Counted from the first letter of the stretch, positions 32,963-42,752 are shown. The stretch is DNA of 64,000 nt from Zhongshania sp. (GCF_047636175.1 NZ_JBLIKC010000018.1:14481-78480); one strand, 5' to 3'. Program-made: numbers and translations. Notes: generated by a model from the sequence alone, not told the origin.

Positions 32963-33975
32963 CTGATATTCGTAATCGCAAAGCAGATCACATAGAACTT
33001 GCATTAAAACCAATGCATCAATCTCAGCAGACTGCTGGGTTTGATCGCCTGTGCTTTGAACCTAATCCTCTCCCCCAGATAGCCTTAAATGATATCGAGC
33101 TCCAAAGTGAATTCTTAGGTCAGCTTGTTTCAGCACCATTTTTGATTGGTGCTATGACCGGTGGTTGTGAGAATGGCGAATTAATCAATCAACATCTTGC
33201 CGAGGCAGCCGAAGCCAGTCAAATTCCACTGGCTCTAGGTTCGCAGAGAGCGGCCTTAGAGCAACATAAGCAGCAAGACATTCGGCGCTGGGCGCCATCC
33301 GCTATTATATTGAGTAATTTAGGCGCAACGCAGTTACAGCAGAGTGGTCTTGATCTAGCCCGCAAGGCTGTAGAGTCGGTTCAAGCTAATGCATTGATTA
33401 TTCATCTTAATCCATTGCAAGAGCTAATACAGCCGAATGGAGACCGAGATTGGAATCTGGTTTTAGAGGCTATCGAAAACTGTGTATCTAAGCTTGGCGT
33501 GCCAATTATTGTCAAAGAAGTTGGCTCTGGCATAGGGCCTACTAGTGCTAAAAAATTAATGGATGTTGGTGTTAATTGGATTGAAGTCGCTGGCCGTGGT
33601 GGCACTAGTTGGGCCAGTATTGAACTAGAGCGTAATGGTTCTGAGCGTGAACGAGACATTGCTGCTCCCTTTATTGACTGGGGTATGGATACTGTCGAAT
33701 TGTTGCCTGCAGTGCACAGCGCCTGTCCATCTTTAGGACTGATTGGCTCAGGTGGTGTGCGTCATGGTTTAGATATTGCCCGTTGCATCCGACTAGGTGC
33801 AACAATGACGGCTTTAGCCTACCCTTTTTTAGCACCGGCTTTAAGGTCTACCGAAGCCGTTATCGATAAAATTTCGGTACTGCAGGAGCAGTTGCGATGG
33901 GCCATGTTCCTAACCGGCAGTAAATCGCTGTCAGAATTGCGCCACGCTGCCTTACAACAGAAACTAACTATTTGA
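32959..33975 (+). CDS. fni: type 2 isopentenyl-diphosphate isomerase
   Basis: RKADHI, IGAMTGG, HLNPLQE, VKEVGSG, GRGGTSW. Confidence 0.92.
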   Translation: MTDIRNRKADHIELALKPMHQSQQTAGFDRLCFEPNPLPQIALNDIELQSEFLGQLVSAPFLIGAMTGGCENGELINQHLAEAAEASQIPLALGSQRAALEQHKQQDIRRWAPSAIILSNLGATQLQQSGLDLARKAVESVQANALIIHLNPLQELIQPNGDRDWNLVLEAIENCVSKLGVPIIVKEVGSGIGPTSAKKLMDVGVNWIEVAGRGGTSWASIELERNGSERERDIAAPFIDWGMDTVELLPAVHSACPSLGLIGSGGVRHGLDIARCIRLGATMTALAYPFLAPALRSTEAVIDKISVLQEQLRWAMFLTGSKSLSELRHAALQQKLTI

Positions 33976-34172
33976 ATTCTATTAATTGAATCGGCAGAAT
34001 TGTCAGTTAATATTCGGCTGAAAAGCCCAAATCAATATTTAACTTGCTCTTAACTATGAAGCTTTTTCCCAAGAGGTTATTTGAAAAACCAGCCTTCCAT
34101 AGTGGAGTAAGCGGGCATTTAGCGACCATGCCCTGCTATAATCACCAAAAATCATACAACAGGGATTAACTC

Positions 34173-34451
34173 ATGACCGTCGCTAGCGCTCGCCATATTC
34201 TGGTAAAGACTGAACAACAAGCCCAAGATTTAAAAAACAAAATAGCTAAAGGCAGCGACTTTGGCGAATTAGCAAAGAAGTTCTCTGACTGCCCATCAGG
34301 TCAGAAAGGCGGTGATCTAGGTGAATTCCGTCCCGGCCAAATGGTTAAGCCCTTTGACGATGTGGTATTTAAAGAAGCAATTTTAGAGGTTCACGGCCCT
34401 GTTAAAACCCAGTTTGGCTATCATTTAATTGAAACTATCTACCGCAATTAA
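34173..34451 (+). CDS. ppiC: parvulin-type peptidyl-prolyl isomerase
   Basis: [30 protein letters not shown]; TGCTATAAT extended -10 at about 34135-34143. Confidence 0.92.
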   Translation: MTVASARHILVKTEQQAQDLKNKIAKGSDFGELAKKFSDCPSGQKGGDLGEFRPGQMVKPFDDVVFKEAILEVHGPVKTQFGYHLIETIYRN

Positions 34452-34461
34452 GCTAACACTA

Positions 34462-34540
34462 AGCGCAGTCTTCTATACTCAGAAAAAGCCCGACACCCAG
34501 TATTGAATACGTGGCTGATTGAAGAGTATAAGACTGCGCT
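34462..34540. repeat. long-loop inverted repeat between the convergent ppiC and pycB genes
   Basis: 17-bp stem with a 2-nt bulge (AGCGCAGTCTT(CT)ATACTC / GAGTATAAGACTGCGCT) around a 43-nt loop. Confidence 0.55.
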
Positions 34541-34626
34541 GCACAAACAGAGGATTACATTGAAAACAAGCTCTACCCCGCAAAATTGATAACAATTATC
34601 ATTTTAGAAAACCAATACTGCCAGTA

Positions 34627-36441
34627 CTAATCTCCCGCCTCTATGTCTACTAGCACTTCGCCCGGCGTTACCCGGTCGCCTTTGGCAACAAATATCGCAG
34701 TGACTGTCCCGCTGATCGGCGCTTGTACTTCAGCTTCCATCTTCATGGCTTCGGTGACTAAGACCGCCTGACCTGCGGTGACCGTATCGCCCACGACAAC
34801 CAACACCTCAACAATATTACCCGGCATATTGGTACTAACGTGACCCGGCTTGCTGGCCGATTTACGCCCACTGCTGCCCTCGGCCTTGTATTCATTCAGG
34901 GCTTCAAATACAACCTCTTCAGGCATACCGTCCAAGGTCATGTAAATATGACGTTTACCAGACCCTTTGATGCCCACACCGGTAATGGCGACTTGGTAGC
35001 TCTCGCCATGCACATCGATGACAAACTCGGTGGGCACGCCGCCTTCACTCACCGGGCGAGTTGCTTGGCCGATAGGCTCAAGACCTTCGGGAACCAACGT
35101 CCCCGCTTCACGCTCAGTCAAAAATGCACGGCCCAAATCAGGGAACATCGCGTAAGTCAGCACGTCTTCTTCCGACTTCGCTAAGTCGCCAACCTCCTTG
35201 CGCAGTTTAACTAATTCCGGTGCCAGTAAATCTGCTGGCCGCACATCAATCACATCCTCAGCGCCAATCGCCCTAGCGCGCAGCTCCTTATTTACTTCAG
35301 CGGGTGCGGCGCCGTAATGACCTTGCAAATAGCGCTTCACCTCGTTAGTGATCGTTGTGTAACGCTTGTCAGCCAGAATATTCATCACCGCCTGAGTGCC
35401 AACAATTTGTGAAGTTGGCGTTACGAGAGGGGGATAACCCAAATCTTTACGCACAGCGGGAATTTCAGCAAAAACATCTCTAATCCGATTCAATGCGCCC
35501 TGTTCTTTAAGCTGATTGGCAAGGTTTGACATCATGCCACCGGGCACTTGGTTAATCTGCACACCGACATCTTCGCGGGTGAATTCGCTTTCAAACTGAT
35601 GGTATTTTTTGCGCACTTCCCACAGCTTTACAGAAATTTCTTGGAGCGCGGGCAGGTCCAAACCAGAATCTCGGGGCGTGCCCTTTAAGGCGGCGACCAT
35701 GGTTTCGGTTGCCGGATGACTGGTGCCATTGGCAAACGCCGACATGGCGGTATCAATAATATCGATACCCGCTTCAATCGCTTTCAACTGACACAAGCCA
35801 GCGAGGCCCGAGGTCATATGAGAATGCAGCGCCAGCGGCACATCAACCGTATCTTTTAAGGCCTTAACGAGTTCAGACGTTGCCATTGGCGTTAACAAAC
35901 CCGCCATGTCTTTAATCGCAATGGAATCCACCCCCATCGCCACCATGTCCTTGGCCTGCTGCACAAATTTTGCGGTGTTATGAACCGGGCTGGTGGTATA
36001 GCAAAGTGTGCCCTGTGCATGTTTACCCGATTTTTTTACCGCGGCAATAGCCGTCTGCAAATTGCGTACGTCATTCATGGCGTCGAATACACGGAAAATA
36101 TCCATGCCATTATCGGCGGATTTTTGAATAAACGCCTCAACCACATCGTCGGCGTAATGACGGTAGCCCAACAAGTTTTGGCCGCGCAGTAACATTTGCA
36201 ATTGCGTATTTGGCAGCGCCTCGCGCAATTTTCGCAAACGCTCCCAAGGGTCTTCTTTCAAAAAACGCACACAGGCGTCAAAGGTTGCGCCGCCCCACAC
36301 TTCCAGCGACCAAAACCCTATCGCATCCAGCTGGGCGCATAACGGCAGCATATCTTCGGTGCGCATTCGCGTTGCCAACAAGGACTGATGACCATCGCGC
36401 AGTGCAACATCAGTAATCAGTACAGCTTTATCTTGGCTCAT
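34627..36441 (-). CDS. pycB: pyruvate carboxylase subunit B (OadA-like carboxyltransferase plus biotin domain)
   Basis: LRDGHQSLLATRM, WGGATFD, VPGGMMSNL, EAMKM; adjacent to a biotin carboxylase; no oadB/oadG in the window. Confidence 0.88.
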   Translation of the reverse strand: MSQDKAVLITDVALRDGHQSLLATRMRTEDMLPLCAQLDAIGFWSLEVWGGATFDACVRFLKEDPWERLRKLREALPNTQLQMLLRGQNLLGYRHYADDVVEAFIQKSADNGMDIFRVFDAMNDVRNLQTAIAAVKKSGKHAQGTLCYTTSPVHNTAKFVQQAKDMVAMGVDSIAIKDMAGLLTPMATSELVKALKDTVDVPLALHSHMTSGLAGLCQLKAIEAGIDIIDTAMSAFANGTSHPATETMVAALKGTPRDSGLDLPALQEISVKLWEVRKKYHQFESEFTREDVGVQINQVPGGMMSNLANQLKEQGALNRIRDVFAEIPAVRKDLGYPPLVTPTSQIVGTQAVMNILADKRYTTITNEVKRYLQGHYGAAPAEVNKELRARAIGAEDVIDVRPADLLAPELVKLRKEVGDLAKSEEDVLTYAMFPDLGRAFLTEREAGTLVPEGLEPIGQATRPVSEGGVPTEFVIDVHGESYQVAITGVGIKGSGKRHIYMTLDGMPEEVVFEALNEYKAEGSSGRKSASKPGHVSTNMPGNIVEVLVVVGDTVTAGQAVLVTEAMKMEAEVQAPISGTVTAIFVAKGDRVTPGEVLVDIEAGD

Positions 36442-36459
36442 TATAATATCCTTTTTATC

Positions 36460-37875
36460 TTACAGGCCGGCGTGGGCGGCAATGGCCGCAGCCACCACCA
36501 GCGCGATGTCTTCGGGGCGACTTTTATCCGAGTACTGAGTCAGTTCAGGGTGACTTTCAACAAAGCTGGTATCGAAGTTTCCGGCGCGAAAATCAGGGTG
36601 CTTAAGAATCTGTTGGTAATAGGCCGCCGTGGTTTTCACACCCTGCAAGCGCATATCATTTAAAGCGCGCGCGCCCCGATTCAAGACCTCATCCCAAGTT
36701 AAACCCCAGACAACCAATTTGAGACACATGGAGTCGAAATACGGGGGAATGGTGTAACCGGTGTAAATCGCTGTGTCGACCCGCACACCCGGACCACCGG
36801 GTGCGTAGTAGCGACTGATTTTACCAAAGCTAGGTAAAAAATCATTTTTTGGGTCTTCGGCATTAACCCGAAACTGCATAGCGAAGCCGCGATAGGAAAT
36901 ATCCTGCTGGCGATACCCCAGCGGCAAACCGGAGGCAATGCGAATTTGTTCGCGCACAATATCCACTCCCGTAATTTGCTCGGTGATGGTGTGCTCAACC
37001 TGAACGCGGGTATTCATTTCCATGAAATAGATTTGATTGTCAGCAAGTAAAAATTCCACGGTGCCCGCGTTTTCATAGCCAACTGCTTCTGCAGCGCGCA
37101 CCGACATGTCGCCAATATAAGCCCGCTGTTCAGGGGTCAACTGGGGCGATGGCGCAATCTCAATGAGCTTTTGGTTGCGGCGTTGAATTGAGCAGTCGCG
37201 CTCAAATAAATGAATCACATTACCGTGGCTGTCACCCAGTATCTGAGCTTCGATATGACGGGGATTAACAATGCACTTTTCCATAAACACATCAGCGCGC
37301 CCAAAGGCTTTAGTGGCCTCAGACACCACCCTATCAAACTGCTGAAGGAGGTCTGCCTCACTATTGCAGCGCCGAATACCACGGCCACCACCACCCGAGG
37401 TCGCTTTCAACATAACGGGATAGCCAATAGTTTTAGCAAAACTTACCGCCTCGTTAACGTCAGCTAAATTGCCATCGGTGCCCGGCGTTACCGGCACACC
37501 CGCTGCAGTCATGGCACGGCGGGCTTCAGTTTTATCCCCCATACAGCGTATGACTTCGGCGCTAGGCCCAATAAACTTAATCCCGCGCTGCGCACAAATC
37601 TCAGCAAGCTCGGCATTCTCTGACAAAAACCCATAACCGGGATGCAAACCATCGCAGCCGGTCTCTACCGCCAGACCCACTAACTTTCGGGCATTTAAAT
37701 ACCCTTCCAAAGGATCAGCACCGAGGTTGTAGGACTCATCCGCGCGCTTAACATGCAGTGAAAATCGATCTGGCTCGGTGTAAACAGCCGCTGACCGAAT
37801 ACCCATCTCCGCGCAGGCTCGTACTATTCGCACCGCGATTTCACCACGATTAGCGATCAGGATTTTTTTTAACAT
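36460..37875 (-). CDS. pycA: pyruvate carboxylase subunit A (biotin carboxylase)
   Basis: ILIANRGEIA, HPGYGFLSEN, MNTRVQVEH, no biotin domain; 18 nt before pycB. Confidence 0.9.
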   Translation of the reverse strand: MLKKILIANRGEIAVRIVRACAEMGIRSAAVYTEPDRFSLHVKRADESYNLGADPLEGYLNARKLVGLAVETGCDGLHPGYGFLSENAELAEICAQRGIKFIGPSAEVIRCMGDKTEARRAMTAAGVPVTPGTDGNLADVNEAVSFAKTIGYPVMLKATSGGGGRGIRRCNSEADLLQQFDRVVSEATKAFGRADVFMEKCIVNPRHIEAQILGDSHGNVIHLFERDCSIQRRNQKLIEIAPSPQLTPEQRAYIGDMSVRAAEAVGYENAGTVEFLLADNQIYFMEMNTRVQVEHTITEQITGVDIVREQIRIASGLPLGYRQQDISYRGFAMQFRVNAEDPKNDFLPSFGKISRYYAPGGPGVRVDTAIYTGYTIPPYFDSMCLKLVVWGLTWDEVLNRGARALNDMRLQGVKTTAAYYQQILKHPDFRAGNFDTSFVESHPELTQYSDKSRPEDIALVVAAAIAAHAGL

Positions 37876-38031
37876 AGCTGAACTCCCTCTGGGGAAGAAT
37901 TACCCCCGCACCTAGCCTTAGCAGTAACCAAATGACTATTAAAAACCGACTTCAGAGCCGCGCAATCTAATACACACGCAAAATACATGCAGCCACCGTA
38001 CCGAAAACCCTGCAAACATAAAAATTAATAT

Positions 38032-38048
38032 TATTGGTGATATCAATA
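38032..38048. promoter_or_regulatory. LysR-type T-N11-A palindrome between pycA and the pycR remnant
   Basis: TATTG-GTGATAT-CAATA. Confidence 0.4.
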
Positions 38049-38110
38049 AATCATTGCTTATAGTTATAGCAGGAGCTCAACTAATATTAAACGATCAATA
38101 ACGTAGGGTA

Positions 38111-38850
38111 GTCAGTTACTTGCTCCGCCTAAGTCTAGGCCAAGCCGAGGCATTGCTGGCCGCTTGACCGCACTGCTGCTACTCTAAATCCATCCAGCAA
38201 GTAGATTTATAGTAGCAGCGATTAGCTCGTAAATACCCAAGCTGCACGACGTCGCTGGCCAAACCCTGCTTGATTATTTGGCTAAGCGGCTATTCTTGAC
38301 GGCTGCAGACGACCGAATACATCGCCCGAAGCAAGAAACCCAAACAACGTTTAGTGCACCTTAAATAGAATTAAGTGAACTTCATGGTCGTTTACAGGGC
38401 ATTCTCAATCTTGCTATAGATTCTAGCGCCGAACAGCGACTACCGCCTTATATCAACAAGTTTTATCAACATCAGCCTGCGCATTGTCAACCACCAGTGC
38501 CGGCCAGAACGTCTGGCAGATAATCTCGACGACCTTGCGATCATGACCCAAATGCCCAAAAGACGCGTATTAGATAATATTGTTCTTGCAAGACATTACC
38601 TATTTGTACTCGCCTCCCACAGTCACCCAGTATTAAGCTGCGACGCAAATCCCGACATCAGCCTCCTCAAACTACTAAAACATTCACTAACACAGCGAAA
38701 ACCAACTTCGGTTGCGCGGCACAAAACCATTAGGCAAAGGCAAAGCAATGAACTTTAAAATTGAATCTTGATGGATAACTACATTAATCCGAATTTAGCT
38801 TTGTGCATCCAAGAGCAAAGTAAGTCGCCCAGCGCCAGGGGAACCAGCGG
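38111..38850 (+). pseudogene. pycR: decayed LysR regulator (PycR-like), divergent from pycA
   Basis: Colinear LysR-like blocks across frames: RLSLGQAEALLAA*PHCCYSK, KLHDVAGQTLLDYLAKRLFLTAA, ELHGRLQGILNLAIDSSAE, ERLADNLDDLAIMTQMP; stops at 38165, 38210, 38213, 38362 and at least two frameshifts; 3' end approximate. Confidence 0.75.
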
Positions 38851-38992
38851 TTTGTATGTAAGCAAAAGCTCTTCATAAATCTTTTAATTAGACACACACC
38901 TAAAAACCAGCTTTGATAGTTACTAGCCAAGATATTGAGCCGCACCCTCGGCAAGATAAGCACAATGACCATAAACACCCAAGGATCACTCA

Positions 38993-39322
38993 ATGACCCA
39001 CATCCTAATCAGCAATATAGAAATTATCCCCGGCAAACGCGTAACTCAACACTTAGGCCTAGTGCTAGGAAGCACCGTACGAGCCAAACACGCGGGCAAA
39101 GACATTATGGCTGGCCTAAAAAACATCTTCGGTGGCGAACTGACCGGCTATACCGAACTACTATCTGAAGCGCGCAAGGAAGCCACTGATCGCATGACCG
39201 AGCAAGCCAAAGCCATTGGCGCCAACGCTGTTGTTAACGTGCGCTATTCCACCTCCTCTATTACCGCTGGCGCCTCAGAAATTCTTGCCTATGGCACTGC
39301 TGTTTTCCTTGAGGAAAAATAA
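38993..39322 (+). CDS. YbjQ/UPF0145 family protein
   Basis: GSTVRAKHAGKDIMAGLKNIFGGELTGYT, GANAVVNVRY, EILAYGTAV. Confidence 0.9.
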   Translation: MTHILISNIEIIPGKRVTQHLGLVLGSTVRAKHAGKDIMAGLKNIFGGELTGYTELLSEARKEATDRMTEQAKAIGANAVVNVRYSTSSITAGASEILAYGTAVFLEEK

Positions 39323-39324
39323 TC

Positions 39325-39801
39325 ATGGAAGGCCTGATTCAATTAGGCGTCTTTGCGCTGCTGCTGGGGTTAGGTTTTTTCTTTGGCCGCCGCGCCGAAG
39401 CCAAACACTATAAAAATATCTTTGCCCGCGAAGACGAGCTGCGCCACATTGTGGTGTCTACCGACCGCTTCCCACCCACGCAATTTATCGCTCACCACGG
39501 CGAACTCGTCAGTGGCAATGTGGTGATTTCAGTGGATTATTTCAAGCGGGTGTCTGCCGCATTGCGGGCCTTAGTGGGTGGCCGCATTCGCAGCTATGAG
39601 ACCTTACTTGACCGCGCCCGCCGCGAGGCGCTGTTGCGCATGCAAGAGCAAGCCCGCAGTGTCGGCGCCGAAGCCATTATTAATACCAAGTTTGAAACCA
39701 GTCGAATATCTGGCGGCAGCAGCAAAGGTATTGGCTCGATTGAAGTTTTAGCCTATGGGACGGCTTTAATACCCCAAGCTGCCCAGATAAAAAGCGAGTA
39801 A
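39325..39801 (+). CDS. second YbjQ/UPF0145 family protein with an N-terminal membrane anchor
   Basis: Hydrophobic N-terminus; DYFKR..GGRIRSYETLLDRARREA; EVLAYGTA. Confidence 0.85.
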   Translation: MEGLIQLGVFALLLGLGFFFGRRAEAKHYKNIFAREDELRHIVVSTDRFPPTQFIAHHGELVSGNVVISVDYFKRVSAALRALVGGRIRSYETLLDRARREALLRMQEQARSVGAEAIINTKFETSRISGGSSKGIGSIEVLAYGTALIPQAAQIKSE

Positions 39802-39804
39802 ACG

Positions 39805-40728
39805 GTGAGCTTTGCCAAGCAAAATCCCAAGATTCCAGAGGGCATCAACACTTCTGCAGATAATCCCCTCAAGGAATTTTTTATTCTATTGCTCGGGGTA
39901 TTTATTGTTTTTGGTACTACCTTGGGGCTACTGCTGGTATTTACACACAGCTTGGCGCCCTATATTCCGTTTCGCTACGAACAGCAGTTGATGAGCAAAT
40001 ACGGACAGTGGACTCGCTCAGAATCTGAGCATAGCAGTGCCTTTCAAGACGCCGAGACCGCAATACAAGAGCTTGGGCAAAGCTTAGCACTACAATCGGA
40101 ACTCGCAGATGGCATCAGCACCCAGTTCCACCTGCTCGACCAGCCGAATGTACCCAATGCCTTCGCTACCTTGGGCGGCCAAATATTTGTCACCACCGGC
40201 TTATTACAGGAAGTGTCTTCGGAAAATGCCCTGGCGATGGTGCTTGCCCATGAAATTGCCCATATTAAATACCGTCACCCCGCCCAATCTTTAAGCGGCG
40301 GATTGCTGGTGCAATTATTTCTAAGCATTGTTACCGGCGGACAAAACGCCAGCGCTTTACAAAGCACCGCCCAGCAAACCGGCATACTAACCATGCTAAG
40401 TTTTAGTCGAAAAATGGAAGTTACCGCCGACACGGCCGCCATGAATACCTTAGAAAATTACTATGGTCACTTGGTCGGCAGCGAAGAATTCTTCGCAAAA
40501 ATTTTAGGACAGCACCAACAGGCCAGATGGCGGGCGCTGTTTACCAGCCACCCGAATTTAAGCCAACGCATTGAGTATATTCAGGCCCGCGCTCAAAGCC
40601 TTACTCAAGTTAATGGCGACAAACCGAACACCAAGGCATTAGACCCGCGTTTAAAGAATATTCAGGAAATACTCGCTAATAATGACTATCAAAGCCAAGG
40701 CTCTAGCGAGCACCAAGATATAAATTAA
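39805..40728 (+). CDS. M48 family zinc metallopeptidase
   Basis: N-terminal TM helix, NAFATLGG, HEIAH, FSRKMEVTAD, SHP. Confidence 0.88.
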   Translation: MSFAKQNPKIPEGINTSADNPLKEFFILLLGVFIVFGTTLGLLLVFTHSLAPYIPFRYEQQLMSKYGQWTRSESEHSSAFQDAETAIQELGQSLALQSELADGISTQFHLLDQPNVPNAFATLGGQIFVTTGLLQEVSSENALAMVLAHEIAHIKYRHPAQSLSGGLLVQLFLSIVTGGQNASALQSTAQQTGILTMLSFSRKMEVTADTAAMNTLENYYGHLVGSEEFFAKILGQHQQARWRALFTSHPNLSQRIEYIQARAQSLTQVNGDKPNTKALDPRLKNIQEILANNDYQSQGSSEHQDIN

Positions 40729-41380
40729 CCTTGGAAAACTCCTCAGACTCAGCCAAATCCGGCACGGTGGTAGCGCGCTGATACGCCAACCAATGATAGC
40801 TATCGACCTGAAAATCTTTCACCCTTGAATCAGCCACTAACACCTGTGGAGCACGCTTTAAGAAAGCCTCTAACAAGGGTAAATTTGCGCGATCGTATAG
40901 TACATCGGCGACCAGAATGACATCGTAGCGCTCGTCACTCGCGAAGAAATCATCACTGTAGCTAAGCTCGGCCTTATTTAACGCAGCATTGGCACGACTC
41001 GCCAAAATAGCATCGGCGTCGAGGTCACAGGCAATCACCTCCTTGGCACCTGCGAGCTTTGCAGCAATGGCTACCACCCCCGAACCACAGCCAAAATCCA
41101 GCACTTTTTTACCGCGCACGAGGTCTGGATTATCAAAAAGATAGCGCGCCATGACCTGGCCACTGGCCCAGCAAAAACACCAATACGCGGGATAATTCAT
41201 GATCCGTCGGGTCTGATCAGGGCTTAGATCATGCTGGGGATAATCTGCGCTTAACAGCAGCAGGGCGATTTCTGGCACTAGGGGTAGCGGCGTATTCACT
41301 ACTTTCGCCTGTGGTAAAAAATCCTGTAACAACGTCGCAAGAATTTGTCTCCCTTCACTAACTGAAAGCGCTTGTAGCAA
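40703..41380 (-). CDS. class I SAM-dependent protein methyltransferase, METTL20/ETFbeta-KMT-like
   Basis: PAYWCFCWASG, VLDFGCGSG, ILVADVLY. Confidence 0.8.
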   Translation of the reverse strand: MLQALSVSEGRQILATLLQDFLPQAKVVNTPLPLVPEIALLLLSADYPQHDLSPDQTRRIMNYPAYWCFCWASGQVMARYLFDNPDLVRGKKVLDFGCGSGVVAIAAKLAGAKEVIACDLDADAILASRANAALNKAELSYSDDFFASDERYDVILVADVLYDRANLPLLEAFLKRAPQVLVADSRVKDFQVDSYHWLAYQRATTVPDLAESEEFSKVNLYLGAR

Positions 41381-41484
41381 AGCCCCAACCCCTATATGTT
41401 AAAACATGAAAGTAAGCATATTACCGGATTAAAACGGTTTTTCGGAGAGCGCCATAATGGCAACTAACTCAATCGGAGAACGCT

Positions 41485-41862
41485 ATGAGTAATTTGCCCA
41501 TAAAGCAACTCGTTCACGATGCATTATTTCAGGTTCAAGGCAGCGAACCCTCTGAACTTATCTCTTGTCTAAACTGCCACCAGGCGATTACCGCCACCAG
41601 TTATCGTATCTGTATCCAAGACCAACATCACCACCGCTTTATCAATCCCGGCGGCGTTATTTACGATGTGTGCTGCTTCCACTCGGCACCTGGAACTATT
41701 ATCAGCGGCGAACCCACGTCGCAGTATTGTTGGTTTCAAGGCTACCGCTGGCAGTATGCCCACTGTGAACACTGCACAGAGCAACTTGGCTGGTACTATG
41801 AAAATCACCACCTCGAGTCCTTCTTTGCACTGATTCCCAGTTCTCTACGCAGCAAAAATTAA
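41485..41862 (+). CDS. bacterial cereblon-like (CULT domain) protein
   Basis: CLNC..CEHC zinc ligands, NPGG, YCWFQGYRW and QLGWYY, i.e. the aromatic cage of the thalidomide-binding domain. Confidence 0.88.
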   Translation: MSNLPIKQLVHDALFQVQGSEPSELISCLNCHQAITATSYRICIQDQHHHRFINPGGVIYDVCCFHSAPGTIISGEPTSQYCWFQGYRWQYAHCEHCTEQLGWYYENHHLESFFALIPSSLRSKN

Positions 41863-41916
41863 GACGCCAATATCCGGTATACTTGGGTCAACTCTAGGCT
41901 GCGACCAAAAACCCTT

Positions 41917-42627
41917 ATGTCAGATAGCTCACATACCCAAAAGCAGCCAACGACCGGCGTCGATTTCATTGTGCCCCATTGCGCCGAGGCCATTCGCTAT
42001 CTACACCGCGATGACGACTTGCTTGTTGTCAGCAAACCCGCAGGATTGCTATCTGTACCCGGCCGTCACCCTGACAATAAAGACTGCCTTATTAGCCGCA
42101 TAAACCAAGATTACCCCAATGCAAGCATTGTTCATCGCCTTGATATGTCCACCTCTGGACTGATGATTGTCGCCTGTCACCCAGACAGCCACCGGGCGCT
42201 GAGCCGACTATTTCAAGACCGCAAAATTTATAAAGAATATCAGGCCGTCGTTTACGGCAAGGTCAGCAGCGTAGAGGGGTTTATCGATCTTCCCCTCGCC
42301 TGCGACTGGCCCAACCGCCCCCGACAGGAACTTAATTTCGACTACGGCAAATCCGCCCAAACCCACTATGAAAATTGCGGCACAACGGCCGAAGACCACA
42401 GCAAATTACGTTTGATACCGATCACTGGACGCTCCCACCAACTTAGAGTTCACACCGCCAGTATTGGCCACCCCATTTTAGGCTGCGAGTTTTATGCTCA
42501 CCCCAAGGCAAAAGCCGCCGCTGAGCGCTTACTGCTACACGCCTCACGACTAAAATTTATCCACCCAGGCAGTAAAGATGAACTAGATATAAACTTAGGC
42601 GCCACATTTTGGTCTGAACCAGCCTAA
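41917..42627 (+). CDS. rluA: RluA family pseudouridine synthase
   Basis: KPAGLLSVPG, HRLDMSTSG, ITGRSHQLRVH, GHPILG. Confidence 0.88.
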   Translation: MSDSSHTQKQPTTGVDFIVPHCAEAIRYLHRDDDLLVVSKPAGLLSVPGRHPDNKDCLISRINQDYPNASIVHRLDMSTSGLMIVACHPDSHRALSRLFQDRKIYKEYQAVVYGKVSSVEGFIDLPLACDWPNRPRQELNFDYGKSAQTHYENCGTTAEDHSKLRLIPITGRSHQLRVHTASIGHPILGCEFYAHPKAKAAAERLLLHASRLKFIHPGSKDELDINLGATFWSEPA

Positions 42628-42752
42628 GCAGAGACCCCTCGCTTTATTGGCAGTTAATATTCGCATTTGTCACAATGACAGTGAATTCATGATATACATC
42701 TGTGGCAACGCCAAACTTATATCACCTTGTTTCATTCAATAGGAGCAGACGC

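Noticed and set aside
25440-33990. Possible att-like direct repeat (CTATTAA) flanking the rhodopsin cassette
   Set aside because: Only 7 bp in AT-rich DNA, expected by chance; no integrase or tRNA
34627-36441. Sodium-pumping oxaloacetate decarboxylase alpha subunit (oadA)
   Set aside because: No oadB/oadG in the window; the pairing with a biotin carboxylase and a PycR remnant indicates pyruvate carboxylase
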